From an uncultured Acidobacteriota bacterium (GTDB lineage Bacteria; Acidobacteriota; Thermoanaerobaculia; UBA5066; Gp7-AA6): DNA of 64,000 bases. Below the pieces are notes generated by a model, which was not told the origin of the DNA, did not search any database, and saw nothing but the letters and a program-made list of their open reading frames with translations. Both the position numbers and the translations under genes were made by a program. Where the stretch lies: contig CAVTYD010000003.1 of the NCBI GenBank assembly GCA_963738945.1, forward strand, positions 302,114 to 366,113. The letters run 5' to 3'. The number at the start of each line of letters is the position of its first letter. Position 1 is the stretch's first letter. Positions 9,492-19,197 of the stretch are shown here, piece after piece.

Positions 9492-10490
9492 TCAGTCCTT
9501 CTCGTCCTTTCGCGCCTGGCTGTGCGCGGAGAGCGACCGGAGGAAGCTGCCCGGAAGCGTGCCGCTGATCGACACGCCGTCGTCCTGGTTCTCGACGCGG
9601 AAGCGGCGGATCACCGAGACGAGGTCCGGCGACTTCTCCTGCACCGCCATGCGCCACATCGCGAGCACGCCGCGCAGGGAGTCCTCGAGGAGCCCGCGGT
9701 TCTCGGCATCGGTCGTCCGGCCGAAGGCCGACACGTCCACGGAGTCGCCGTGCACGGTCGCCTGGAGCGCCAGGAGCGAGACCGACTTCATCGCGCCGAT
9801 GACGGCGCGAGAGGGATCTCCGTTGTCTCCGCCGCCTGCCTCGCTCTTCGGAAAGCGGGCCAGGTCGACCAGCGCCCAGGCCGAGGCGTCATGATCGATT
9901 CTCGAGAGCTGCGAGCCGAGGCCCTGTCCGGACATCAACCCGCCCGCGCCTCCGGACTCGCGCCGCCCGAGGGCCGCCGCGACCGCCGACTCGCTGCCCG
10001 CGATCACGAGGCCCGGGTTGACGATGGCCACCGCGCCGTCGTGCTCCTGCGCCGACGACCCGGCGAGCCGGTAGTAATCCCCGGCCGGCGAATGCTGGAG
10101 GACCCCGCCCCGCGCGGTGAGCGCGGAGCCGATGCGCACCGGGTCGAACCGGCCCTCGAACACGACGAGGCCGTCGCCGCCCGGGGAATCGCCGCCGGGC
10201 GTCATCGCGAGGACGATGGTGTCGATGTCATCTTTCGGCGTCAGCCCGGTGTCGCGCAGGAAGCGCGCGGCGTCGCCCTCGGTCGACAGGGCGTCCATCT
10301 GGCCGAGCACCTGTCCGGCGAGCGGACTCGTACGAAGCTCCCTCCAGTGCAGGACGGCGACCGTCGCGGCGTCGCCGGGGACCAGCGCGACGGGATCCTC
10401 CGTGAGTCCGGCCGCGTGCGCCCGGACGGCGCCGGGGAGCACGAGAACGGCGGCGAGGGCGAACCGGGAGAGCGTGCTTCGAGCGGTCAT
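9492..10490 (-). CDS. Secreted hypothetical protein, last gene of ABC-2 transporter operon
   Basis: A signal peptide (MTARSTLSRFALAAVLVLPGAVRA) is present. The ATG lies 1 nt after the permease stop. No family recognised. Confidence 0.5.
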   Translation of the reverse strand: MTARSTLSRFALAAVLVLPGAVRAHAAGLTEDPVALVPGDAATVAVLHWRELRTSPLAGQVLGQMDALSTEGDAARFLRDTGLTPKDDIDTIVLAMTPGGDSPGGDGLVVFEGRFDPVRIGSALTARGGVLQHSPAGDYYRLAGSSAQEHDGAVAIVNPGLVIAGSESAVAAALGRRESGGAGGLMSGQGLGSQLSRIDHDASAWALVDLARFPKSEAGGGDNGDPSRAVIGAMKSVSLLALQATVHGDSVDVSAFGRTTDAENRGLLEDSLRGVLAMWRMAVQEKSPDLVSVIRRFRVENQDDGVSISGTLPGSFLRSLSAHSQARKDEKD

Positions 10491-10491
10491 G

Positions 10492-11343
10492 TCAGAAATC
10501 CTTTCTGGAGAAGAGCCAGGAGGCCAGGGCGAGCGACGCGGCCCCGAAGGCCGCCGTGGAGCCGTAGACGCCGAGGGCGTTGAAGTGGGCGAGGCGGTCG
10601 GGGGCGCCCTCGCCCGCGACGAGTGTGACCGTGGCCTGAAGCAGCTCGGCGGTCTTCGGAAGCGCCCAGTACAGTCCCTGGACGATGCGGGCCGAGAGCT
10701 CCGTCGAGACGGCGGCGGCGATCCGGTCGTGGGTCGCCAGGGCGGCCCCGAAGAAAAACAGCGCGTAGGTCGCCATCAGCGAGACGCCGGTCGAGGACGT
10801 CACCACGCCGACGAGAAACGCGAACGCCAGCAGCGCCGCGATCGTGAACAGGATCACGGCGCCCGAGAGCAGGAATCGCGGATGGAGGACATGCGTCTTC
10901 CAGACGACGATCGCCCACATCGAGCCGATCAGGTACACGAGGTTCACGGCGGCGAGCAGCAGACCTCCGGCGTAGCGCGAGAGCAGCAGCGGCACGCGGC
11001 CGACCGGCCGGGAGAGATACAGGTCGATCGTGCCCTTCTCCTGGAGGCGGGGCACCAGATGCGCGGTCGCGAAGAGCGCGAGGAACGTTCCGAGGAAGTA
11101 GAGAAAGCCCGAGAAGCCGGACTCGAATCCGAGGACGACCCGGTCGACGCTCAGCGGGTCGCCGACCTCGACCGCGTGTCCGAAGAGCTTCGCGCCGGCC
11201 AGCGCGCCGTTGACGATGTCGAGGTTCACGGCGCAGCCGAAGATGAGAATGAAGAGCGACGAGAGCGCAAAGTACGTGATCAGAGTCCAGCGGGCCGCGG
11301 CCTCGCGAAAGACCTCCTCGACGCTCGCGAGCAGCGCTCTCAC
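10492..11343 (-). CDS. ABC-2 type transporter permease
   Basis: There are 6 TM helices. The GTG start at 11343 overlaps the ATPase TGA (GTGA). The long upstream ORF extension is R/P-rich and judged spurious. Confidence 0.65.
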   Translation of the reverse strand: MRALLASVEEVFREAAARWTLITYFALSSLFILIFGCAVNLDIVNGALAGAKLFGHAVEVGDPLSVDRVVLGFESGFSGFLYFLGTFLALFATAHLVPRLQEKGTIDLYLSRPVGRVPLLLSRYAGGLLLAAVNLVYLIGSMWAIVVWKTHVLHPRFLLSGAVILFTIAALLAFAFLVGVVTSSTGVSLMATYALFFFGAALATHDRIAAAVSTELSARIVQGLYWALPKTAELLQATVTLVAGEGAPDRLAHFNALGVYGSTAAFGAASLALASWLFSRKDF

Positions 11344-12287
11344 CGGATCCCCTCCCCCGCCTCGCCGTCGCGCACGAGGCCGACGAAGACGTCCTCGAGG
11401 CTCGATCGCACGGGCGAGAGCTCCTGGAGCTTCGCGCCTCCCGCGCGGAGGCGGTCGACGAGGACGTTCAGGTGGTCCACGTCCCGGGCCGTCAGGTCGA
11501 AGTGGCCGTTGACCCGGTCGATCGAGGCCCCGGTTTCGCGAAACGCGGCGATCAGGCGGTCGTCCACTCCCGTCGCCACGAGCCGGTACCGCGAGGTCGC
11601 CGCGGTCAGGTCCTCGATGCGACCCTGGGCCGCCACACGGCCGGCGCGCAGGACGGCGACGCGGCCGCACATCCGCTCGATCTCCGACAGCAGATGCGAG
11701 TTGAGCAGAATCGCCTTCCCGCGGGCGGCTTCCTGCTGGAGGAGGTCGCGGATCTCGCGCCGGCCGACCGGATCGACGCCATCGGTCGGTTCGTCGAGCA
11801 GCAGCACGTCCGGGTCGTGTACGAGGGATGCCGCGAGGCCGAGGCGCTGCGTCATGCCCTTCGAGAACTTCTTGACCCGCATGTCGGTCCAGTCCGTCAG
11901 GCGGACCCGCTCGAGCAGCTCCGGAATCCGCCGGCTGAGCGTCGGGCCGTCCACGCCCGACATGCGGCCGAAGATCGAGAGCGTCTGGCGCGCCGTCAGG
12001 TAGCCCGGAAAGCGGTGGCCTTCCGGCAGGTACCCGACCCGCCTGCGGCTCGCCGGATCGCTGGCCGGCAGCCCGAACAGGCGCGCCTGACCGGACGTCG
12101 GGCGCGTCAGGCCCAGGAGGATCTTGACCGTGGTCGTCTTGCCGGCCCCGTTGGGACCGAGCAACCCGAAGACCTCCCCCGGCTCGACCGCGAGATCGAG
12201 CCCGTCGAGCGCCGCCACCCGGCGGCCGCCGAGCCGCGAGCGATAGACCTTGCGCAGGCCCCGGGCCTCGATCGGAATCGCCGTCAT
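11340..12287 (-). CDS. ABC transporter ATP-binding protein
   Basis: Walker A (GPNGAGKTT), ABC signature (SKGMTQRLGLA) and Walker B (LLLDEP) are all present. Confidence 0.85.
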   Translation of the reverse strand: MTAIPIEARGLRKVYRSRLGGRRVAALDGLDLAVEPGEVFGLLGPNGAGKTTTVKILLGLTRPTSGQARLFGLPASDPASRRRVGYLPEGHRFPGYLTARQTLSIFGRMSGVDGPTLSRRIPELLERVRLTDWTDMRVKKFSKGMTQRLGLAASLVHDPDVLLLDEPTDGVDPVGRREIRDLLQQEAARGKAILLNSHLLSEIERMCGRVAVLRAGRVAAQGRIEDLTAATSRYRLVATGVDDRLIAAFRETGASIDRVNGHFDLTARDVDHLNVLVDRLRAGGAKLQELSPVRSSLEDVFVGLVRDGEAGEGIR

Positions 12288-12375
12288 CGGTAATGCAAAC
12301 GAAGGACGCGTCGAAAAGTTCGCCCGTTCCCGGCCGCCAGGCCTCCCCCGCCCGCGCCGAAGGCGTCCGGCTCCC

Positions 12376-15300
12376 TCAGGAAGCGGCGCGGCTCGGCGGA
12401 ACGGCCGCGACCGGAGGCACGCCCGCCGCCGCGACGGCCTGGTTGAACGCCTTCACGTCGCCGTCGAGAATCGCCTGAAACTCGGATCGCGCGGCGGACA
12501 GACGGCTCGCGAGGATCCTGTAGTACTCGACCGACGACGCGAGCGGCTTCGCATCGGCGCTTCCGACGATCCCGGCCAGGTACACCCAGTCGTGGTCGAG
12601 CTTCGGCTCGTAGTTGAGATCGTCTTCATCCGCGATGATCTGCTCGTTGGTGAGCTCTCCCTCGACGGCGTCGAGCTTGGCGGTGATCGCGGCCGCCTGT
12701 TTCGTGAGTGCGTCTCCCTTGCCGAGCCGCGCGGCCCTCTTCCCGATGCGGTCGAGCTCCCCTTTCACCTCGCGGATCTCCTGGATCGTGTCGTCGGTCT
12801 CGGTCAGCCGGTCGCGGATCGATCGCAGCAGCTCGTGCTGCGCCTTGAGATCGGCCGCGGTCGCATAGCCCGCCGGATGCGGCTCGACGACGATCGGCTG
12901 CGTCCAGCTTTTCCCGTTCACGGTCAGTTTCACCGAGTAATTTCCGGGCGCGACCTTCGGCGGATTCTTCGTCCCCTCGTTGAAGACCGTCTTCGGCGCG
13001 AGGGAAGGCTTGAAAATTCGAAGATCCCAGACGAACCGATTCACGCCGGCCTTCGGTTCGAGGGGTTTGTCCTGGTCCTTCCTCTCCTCGGTCCGCGCCG
13101 CTTCGGCCTTCAAATCCGGGAGCGGGGCCGGTTTCTGGTTCGAGAACGAGCGCAGCAGGGTCGAGCCGTCGAAGAACTCGAGCGTGACCTTCTCGTCGTC
13201 GCGCGGCTCGGCCTTCAGCCAGTAGTCCACCACGACGCCCGCCGGAACGTTGTGTCCGGTCGTCTGCACCTCGTCGTCTCCCTCGTCGCGGGCTTCGACG
13301 TCCATGCGCACGGCCGGCCGCGGCGGGAAGAGATGGGCGTCGGCGCCGGCCACGCCGTCGCTCCACTTCCGAAGAGCGGTCAGGTCGTCGAGGACCCAGA
13401 AGGCGCGGCCCTGCGTGGCGACGACGAGGTCGCCGTTCTTGACCGCGAGATCGGTGATCGGCGTGTACGGCAGGTTTCGCTGGAAGGGCTGCCAGCTCGC
13501 GCCGTCGTCGAAGGAGACGTAGAGGCCGAGCTCCGTCCCGCAGTAGAGCAGCCCGGGCCGCACGGGGTCCTCGCGGACGACGCGGGTGAAGGCGCCGTCC
13601 GGGATCCCGCTGGTGATCTTCGTCCAGGTCCTGCCGTAGTCGGTCGTCCGGAACAGGTAGGGACGAAAATCGTCCCACTTGTAGTTCGTCGCCGCGACGT
13701 AGGCGCGGCCCTTCTCGCGGACCGACGCGTCGATCGCGTTGATCTGGATGAACTCCGGAATGCCCTTCGGCGTGACGTCGGACCAGGTCTTCCCGTCGTC
13801 GCGCGTGACGTGCACGAGCCCGTCGTCCGAGCCCGCCCAGATTACGCCGGGATCCGCCGCCGATTCCCCGAGGGCGAAGATCGTGCCGAAGACTTCGACG
13901 CCCGAGACGTCGATCGTGATCGGCCCGCCCGAGCGCCCCTGCTTGGACTTGTCGTTGCGGGTCAGGTCGGGTGAGATCTCCTCCCACGTCTCGCCCCCGT
14001 CGCGGCTCCGCAGCAGGATCTGCGACGCGTGATACAGCGCCTTCGGATCATTCGGCGAGATCATGATCGGGGCGCTCCACTGGAACCGGTACTTCAGGTC
14101 CGAAGTGGCGTGGCCGTCGGCGAGCTGCGGCCACGCCATGATGTTGCGCTCCTGCTTCGTCCGATGGTCGTAGCGCGTGATTTGCCCGCCGTACTCGCCG
14201 GCGTAGACGACGTTGGGGTCGCTCGGATCGACGGCCATCCAGCCGCTCTCTCCGCCTCCGGCGGCGTGCCAGTCGGTCCGCCCGATCGAATCCCCGACGA
14301 CCCCGCTCGGGATGCAGACGTTCGAATTGTCCTGCTGCGACCCGTAGACCCAGTACGGAAACTGATTGTCGGTCGTGACCCGGTAGAACTGCGCCGTCGG
14401 CTGGTTTTGCAGGGTCGACCAGCTCGTGCCGCCGTTGTACGTGATCGTCGCTCCCCCGTCGTTTCCGACGATGAAATGGCTCGGGTCATCGGGATCGATC
14501 CACATGTCGTGGTTGTCGCCGTGCGGCACGCGGAGGGCCGCGAACGACCGGCCGCCGTCGATGGACCGGTGCATCTCGACGTTGGGCAGATACACGACGT
14601 CGGCGTTCTTCGGGTCGGGATAGATCCACGAGTAGTACCAGGCGCGCTCGCGGATCTTGTGCTCGTCGTTGACGTGCGTGAACTTCTCGCCGGCATTGTC
14701 GCTGCGGAAGAGGCCGCCGTGACGGGCCTCGACGAACGCAAAGATGCGGCTCGGCCGCGCGCCGGAAACCGCGACGCCCACCTTGCCCCAGAGACCCTCG
14801 GGAAGGCCCTCGGTGAGCTTCTTCCAGGTGTCGCCCCCGTCGGTCGACTTCCACAGGCTCGACCCCGGGCCGCCCGAGACGAGCTCCCAGGGGTGACGCA
14901 CGACCTGCCAGAAACCGGCGTACAGGATTCGGGGGTTCGAGGGATCCATCGCGAGATCGGACGCTCCCGTCTTCTCGTCCACGTACAGGATCTTCTTCCA
15001 GCTCTTGCCGCCGTCGACCGAACGGAAGATGCCGCGCTCGGCGCTCGGTCCCCACACATGACCCTGCGCCGCGACGTACACGACATCGGGGTTCGTCGGA
15101 TGGATCCGAACCCGCGCGATCTGCTGCGTGTCGCGCAGACCGGTGTTCTTCCACGTCTTTCCCGCGTCGGTCGACTTGTACACGCCGTCGCCGTTGGAGA
15201 CGTTGCCGCGGATCGGCTCCTCGCCCGTCCCGACGTAGACCACGTTCGGGTCCGACTCGGAGACGGCGACGGCGCCGATCGATCCGGTCCGGAAGTCCTT

Positions 15301-15600
15301 GTCGGAAACCGCCTGCCAGTTCGAGCCGCCGTCGGTCGTCTTCCAGACGCCCCCTCCGGTGCCGCCGAAGTAGAACGTCTGAGGCTGTCCGTGAACGCCG
15401 GTCACCGCCGTGACGCGGCCGCCGCGAAACGGGCCGATCAGCCGGAACTCCAGGCCCTCGAAACGATCCGACAGCGTCGGAACCGCGGGGCTCTTCGACG
15501 GGCTCTTCGCGGGTTCGGGGGATTGCCCGAAGGCTCCGGCCGGCAGCACGAGGGCGCCGAGGAGCGCGAGGAAGATCCGAAAAGGACGCACGGCGTTCAT
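12376..15600 (-). CDS. Secreted sortilin/Vps10-domain, BNR/Asp-box repeat protein (GH74-like beta-propeller), 1074 aa
   Basis: Multiple S/TxDxGxTW BNR repeats are present (TTDGGSNW, STDAGKTW, SVDGGKSW and others). A signal peptide (MNAVRPFRIFLALLGALVLPAGAFGQ) follows the ATG at 15600, which has an AAGGAAGG ribosome-binding site. Confidence 0.75.
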   Translation of the reverse strand: MNAVRPFRIFLALLGALVLPAGAFGQSPEPAKSPSKSPAVPTLSDRFEGLEFRLIGPFRGGRVTAVTGVHGQPQTFYFGGTGGGVWKTTDGGSNWQAVSDKDFRTGSIGAVAVSESDPNVVYVGTGEEPIRGNVSNGDGVYKSTDAGKTWKNTGLRDTQQIARVRIHPTNPDVVYVAAQGHVWGPSAERGIFRSVDGGKSWKKILYVDEKTGASDLAMDPSNPRILYAGFWQVVRHPWELVSGGPGSSLWKSTDGGDTWKKLTEGLPEGLWGKVGVAVSGARPSRIFAFVEARHGGLFRSDNAGEKFTHVNDEHKIRERAWYYSWIYPDPKNADVVYLPNVEMHRSIDGGRSFAALRVPHGDNHDMWIDPDDPSHFIVGNDGGATITYNGGTSWSTLQNQPTAQFYRVTTDNQFPYWVYGSQQDNSNVCIPSGVVGDSIGRTDWHAAGGGESGWMAVDPSDPNVVYAGEYGGQITRYDHRTKQERNIMAWPQLADGHATSDLKYRFQWSAPIMISPNDPKALYHASQILLRSRDGGETWEEISPDLTRNDKSKQGRSGGPITIDVSGVEVFGTIFALGESAADPGVIWAGSDDGLVHVTRDDGKTWSDVTPKGIPEFIQINAIDASVREKGRAYVAATNYKWDDFRPYLFRTTDYGRTWTKITSGIPDGAFTRVVREDPVRPGLLYCGTELGLYVSFDDGASWQPFQRNLPYTPITDLAVKNGDLVVATQGRAFWVLDDLTALRKWSDGVAGADAHLFPPRPAVRMDVEARDEGDDEVQTTGHNVPAGVVVDYWLKAEPRDDEKVTLEFFDGSTLLRSFSNQKPAPLPDLKAEAARTEERKDQDKPLEPKAGVNRFVWDLRIFKPSLAPKTVFNEGTKNPPKVAPGNYSVKLTVNGKSWTQPIVVEPHPAGYATAADLKAQHELLRSIRDRLTETDDTIQEIREVKGELDRIGKRAARLGKGDALTKQAAAITAKLDAVEGELTNEQIIADEDDLNYEPKLDHDWVYLAGIVGSADAKPLASSVEYYRILASRLSAARSEFQAILDGDVKAFNQAVAAAGVPPVAAVPPSRAAS

Positions 15601-15635
15601 GACCTTCCTTTCGCGAAGCGGAAACCGGCGATCGG

Positions 15636-16493
15636 GTGAGAAAGTATATGGCAGCGATGACGCGCCCACTCGTGACCGCCGGTTTCCTCGCGGCCGGCGT
15701 CGTACTTCTGTTGGCGGCCCTTTTCGCATTCGTGTTCGTCCTCCGACAGGACCGCCTTCTGTACTTCCCGACGCGGAAGCACGCGACGACCCCGCAGGCG
15801 ATGGGGCTCGACGCGGACGAGCTCGCGGTCGTGACGGATGACGGAGTTCGCCTGCACGGCTGGCGGATCCGCGGTTCGGGCCGGCGCGCGCTTCTCTTCT
15901 TCCACGGCAACGCCGGAAACGCCGCCGATCGTCTCGAACGGGCGAAGATCCTGAACCGCCGGTTCGGGCTCGACGTCTTTCTCGTCGATTATCGAGGCTA
16001 CGGGCGCTCCGAAGGCTCTCCCACCGAGGACGGGCTCTACCGCGACGCGCGCGCGGTCTACCACACGGCCATCTCGTCCGGCTTCCGATTCGATCAGATC
16101 GTCGTCTTCGGCGAGTCGCTCGGCGCCGCGGTGGCCGTCGACCTCGCCGCGCGCTGGGCGTGCGCGGGAGTGGTGCTCGAGACGCCGTTCCTGTCGCTGG
16201 CCGAAGTCGCGCGAGTGCACTACCCGTACGTGCCGTCCTCGTTCGTGCGCAGCCGGTTCGACAACCTCTCGAAAATCGCCGAGGTCGCGGCGCCGAAGCT
16301 CTTCTTCGTCGCCGAACAGGACGAGGTCGCCCCGCCCTCGCAGGGCCGGAGGCTCTTTGAGGCGGCCCGCGGCCGGCGAGAGCTGTTCGTCATCCCGGGC
16401 GCCCACCACAACGACACCTACACCGTCGGCGGCGAGCCGTACTGGAAGGCGTGGGATGCGTTTCTCGCGGAGATCGGCCCGGGGAAGCCCTAG
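15636..16493 (+). CDS. Alpha/beta-hydrolase fold protein (S9/S33-like)
   Basis: There is an N-terminal TM helix. A GESLG nucleophile elbow, HGNAGN and a C-terminal GAHH are present. Confidence 0.7.
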   Translation: MRKYMAAMTRPLVTAGFLAAGVVLLLAALFAFVFVLRQDRLLYFPTRKHATTPQAMGLDADELAVVTDDGVRLHGWRIRGSGRRALLFFHGNAGNAADRLERAKILNRRFGLDVFLVDYRGYGRSEGSPTEDGLYRDARAVYHTAISSGFRFDQIVVFGESLGAAVAVDLAARWACAGVVLETPFLSLAEVARVHYPYVPSSFVRSRFDNLSKIAEVAAPKLFFVAEQDEVAPPSQGRRLFEAARGRRELFVIPGAHHNDTYTVGGEPYWKAWDAFLAEIGPGKP

Positions 16494-17653
16494 TCCGGCG
16501 TCTCGACCAGCCGGTTGTACTTCTTGAGGACGCGCCGCAGCTCGTCGTGCGGCAGGGCCGGGACGACGACGTCGTTGGCGCCCTTCATCGTCCGCGCCGC
16601 CACCATGGCGTTGACGATCGCCTCCTCGACGGCCTGGACGGTCGCGGAAAAGAGCGGATTCATGCGGTCGTTGGGGAGGTCCGTGAGGCTGACGAGCCCG
16701 GTCGGCCGCGCGGCGCCCGGATTGGCCGTCGAGAACGCGATGAAGATGTCGCCGGAGCCGTTGCCTCCGATGCCGCCGTCCCGGGCGAGGCCGAGCGACG
16801 CGCGGCGCGCGAGTCGCTTCAACTGCGTCGGCAGGAGCGGGGCGTCGGTCGCCACGACGATGATGATCGAGCCCGTGTCCTCGTCCCGGACGGATCGGCC
16901 GGCGAGCTCGCGTCCCACCGGAACGCCGGCAATCCGCAGATCCGCTCGCCGTCCGTAGTTGCACTGCACCAGCGCGCCGACCGTAAAGCCGCCGTCCTTC
17001 TCCGGCAGCCGGCGGGAAGACGTCCCGATGCCGCCCTTGAAGCCGTTGCAGATCATGCCGGTCCCGCCGCCGACGCTGCCTTCGGCTACCGCGCCGCCCG
17101 CCGCCGACGACAGCGCCTCGAACACGTGCTCCCTGTGCACGTGAAATCCGTTGATGTCGTTCAACTCGCCGTCCCACGTCTCGGCGACGACGGGATTGGA
17201 CCACCAGTAGCCCGTCGCGTCCGGTCCACCCTGCGCGACGCGCCAGGCGATCGTCCCCTCGTGGACCGCGCCGACGCTGTGCGTGTTGGTGATCATGACG
17301 GGACCCTCGAGGAACCCGGACTCCTCGACCCACGTCGTTCCCGTCATCTCCCCGGCGCCGTTCAGGGCGAACCAGCCGGCGAAGACCGGGTCGTCCAGGC
17401 TCCCCCGTCCGCGCGGAAGGATCGCCGTCACGCCCGTGCGCACCGGGCCCTGGCCGACCACGAGCTTTCCGTCGCCGCGGATGATGGTCGCCTGCCCCAC
17501 CGTCACGCCGGCGACGTCGGTGATGGCGTTCAAGGGGCCCGGGGTTCCATCGAAGGGGACGCCGAGGTCGCGGGCGCGGGGATTTTCGCCCGCCGGAACC
17601 GCCGCCGCAGCGAGAAGAAGAGCCGCGGTGAGAGAAAGAGTCGTTCGTCTCAT
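16490..17653 (-). CDS. DmpA/ArgJ-fold aminopeptidase (peptidase S58, D-aminopeptidase/L-aminopeptidase-D-esterase family)
   Basis: The protein has S58 family similarity. A signal peptide follows the ATG at 17653 (MRRTTLSLTAALLLAAAAVPA). The stop overlaps the convergent gene's stop (CTAG). Confidence 0.7.
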   Translation of the reverse strand: MRRTTLSLTAALLLAAAAVPAGENPRARDLGVPFDGTPGPLNAITDVAGVTVGQATIIRGDGKLVVGQGPVRTGVTAILPRGRGSLDDPVFAGWFALNGAGEMTGTTWVEESGFLEGPVMITNTHSVGAVHEGTIAWRVAQGGPDATGYWWSNPVVAETWDGELNDINGFHVHREHVFEALSSAAGGAVAEGSVGGGTGMICNGFKGGIGTSSRRLPEKDGGFTVGALVQCNYGRRADLRIAGVPVGRELAGRSVRDEDTGSIIIVVATDAPLLPTQLKRLARRASLGLARDGGIGGNGSGDIFIAFSTANPGAARPTGLVSLTDLPNDRMNPLFSATVQAVEEAIVNAMVAARTMKGANDVVVPALPHDELRRVLKKYNRLVETPD

Positions 17654-17753
17654 GGGCGAGAGTCTAACCGCGCGACGGATCCGTCCCGGCGCCGCGCCGG
17701 GCTCGTCCCTCTCCGGGGGCCGGATCGGACTCCGCCGTGGTACACAGGGCCGG

Positions 17754-19190
17754 ATGCGGCGCGCCGCTCTCCTCCTCTGGCTGACCGCGGCCGCATGTGG
17801 CGCCGACGATCTCTCTCCGGGAAAAGTCGTCGACCAGATCGTCTGCCGCGGCAAGCCCGACCAGTCCTACGCGCTCTTCCTTCCTTCCTCCTACGGGAGG
17901 ACCCGGCCCGCTCCGATCCTGTACCTGCTCGACCCGCGCGGCCGGGCGCTTCTCGCCCTCGAGCGGTTTCGCGAGGCCGCCGATGCGTTCGGCTGGATCC
18001 TCGCCTCTTCCTACGGCTCGCGCAGCGATACGAAGGACGACCCCAATACCCCGGCGCTCCAGGCGATGTGGAACGACACGCACGAGCGCCTCGCGATCGA
18101 CGCGCGCCGCGCATACGTCGGCGGCTTTTCGGGGACGACGCGGTTCGCCGTGGCGCTCGCGCTCGGCGCGCCGAAGGTGTTCGCCGGCATCGTCGGCTGC
18201 GGAGCGGGATTCCCCGAGGGAAAGCGGTCCTATGCGAGTCTTCCCTTCGTCTACTTCGGAACGGCCGGCGACCGCGATTTCAACTATTACGAGGTGCGGC
18301 AGCTCGATGCCGATCTCGAAAAGGCGAAGGCCATCCACCGCATCGAGTACTTCGACGGCGGACACGACTGGCCTCCGCCGGACCTCGCGCGGCGAGCGGT
18401 CGCCTGGATGGAAGTCTCCGCCATGAGGTCCGGCGCCCGCCCGCAGGACCCGGCGCTGGCGGCCGGGCTCCTCGCCGCGGACCTCTCCCGCGCGGACGCG
18501 CAGTCCGCGGGCGGCCGGCGCGCCGAGGCCGGCGTTTCGTACGCGCACGCGGCCGAGGACTACCGGGGGCTCGCGGACGTCGGCCCCGCCGAAACGAAGG
18601 CCGCGGCACTCGCCGCCTCCGCCGAGGTTCGCCGTGCGTGGAAGGATGCCGCGGAGCGCGACGACCGCGACCGCGCGGCCCTGCGGAGGCTCTCGCAGAA
18701 GATCCAGGCCGCCGTTCGCGATCCGGAGATCCCGGCCCCGGCGGAGCTCTCGGCCGAACTCGGCATTCCAGCCCTCCGCCATCGCGCGGCGTCGGGATCC
18801 CCCGAGGAGCGTCTCTCGGCCGAGCGGCTGCTCGCCAACCTGCGCGTCGAGACCTCGTTCTATCTGCCGGAAGATCTGCTCGAACGCGGCGACGCCGCGC
18901 ACGCGAGGCTCATGCTCCAGGTCGCCGCCGAGATCGACCCCGACAATCCCCTGACCGACTACAACCTCGCCGCCGCCGACGCCCGCACCGGGCAAAAAGG
19001 GCGCGCGAAGCGGGAGCTCGAGAGCGCCGTCGAGAAGGGCTTCCGGCGATTCGAGCTCCTGGACCAGGACCCGGACTTCGCGAGCCTCAGATCGGACCCC
19101 GACTCCTCGAAGTGGCTCGCCGACCTTCGTGCCCGCTCGGCCGCCCCGGCGGCTCCGACCCCGCCGCCGACCCCGAAACCCGCGCCCTGA
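17754..19190 (+). CDS. Secreted alpha/beta-hydrolase (esterase/depolymerase-like) with C-terminal TPR-like region
   Basis: A signal peptide follows the ATG at 17754. A GFSGTT nucleophile-elbow-like motif is present and there are C-terminal helical repeats. Confidence 0.55.
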   Translation: MRRAALLLWLTAAACGADDLSPGKVVDQIVCRGKPDQSYALFLPSSYGRTRPAPILYLLDPRGRALLALERFREAADAFGWILASSYGSRSDTKDDPNTPALQAMWNDTHERLAIDARRAYVGGFSGTTRFAVALALGAPKVFAGIVGCGAGFPEGKRSYASLPFVYFGTAGDRDFNYYEVRQLDADLEKAKAIHRIEYFDGGHDWPPPDLARRAVAWMEVSAMRSGARPQDPALAAGLLAADLSRADAQSAGGRRAEAGVSYAHAAEDYRGLADVGPAETKAAALAASAEVRRAWKDAAERDDRDRAALRRLSQKIQAAVRDPEIPAPAELSAELGIPALRHRAASGSPEERLSAERLLANLRVETSFYLPEDLLERGDAAHARLMLQVAAEIDPDNPLTDYNLAAADARTGQKGRAKRELESAVEKGFRRFELLDQDPDFASLRSDPDSSKWLADLRARSAAPAAPTPPPTPKPAP

Positions 19191-19197
19191 CCCGCTC

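Noticed and set aside
16490-16493. Convergent genes sharing a palindromic CTAG stop overlap
   Set aside because: This is a common coincidence of TAG stops on both strands with no functional implication.
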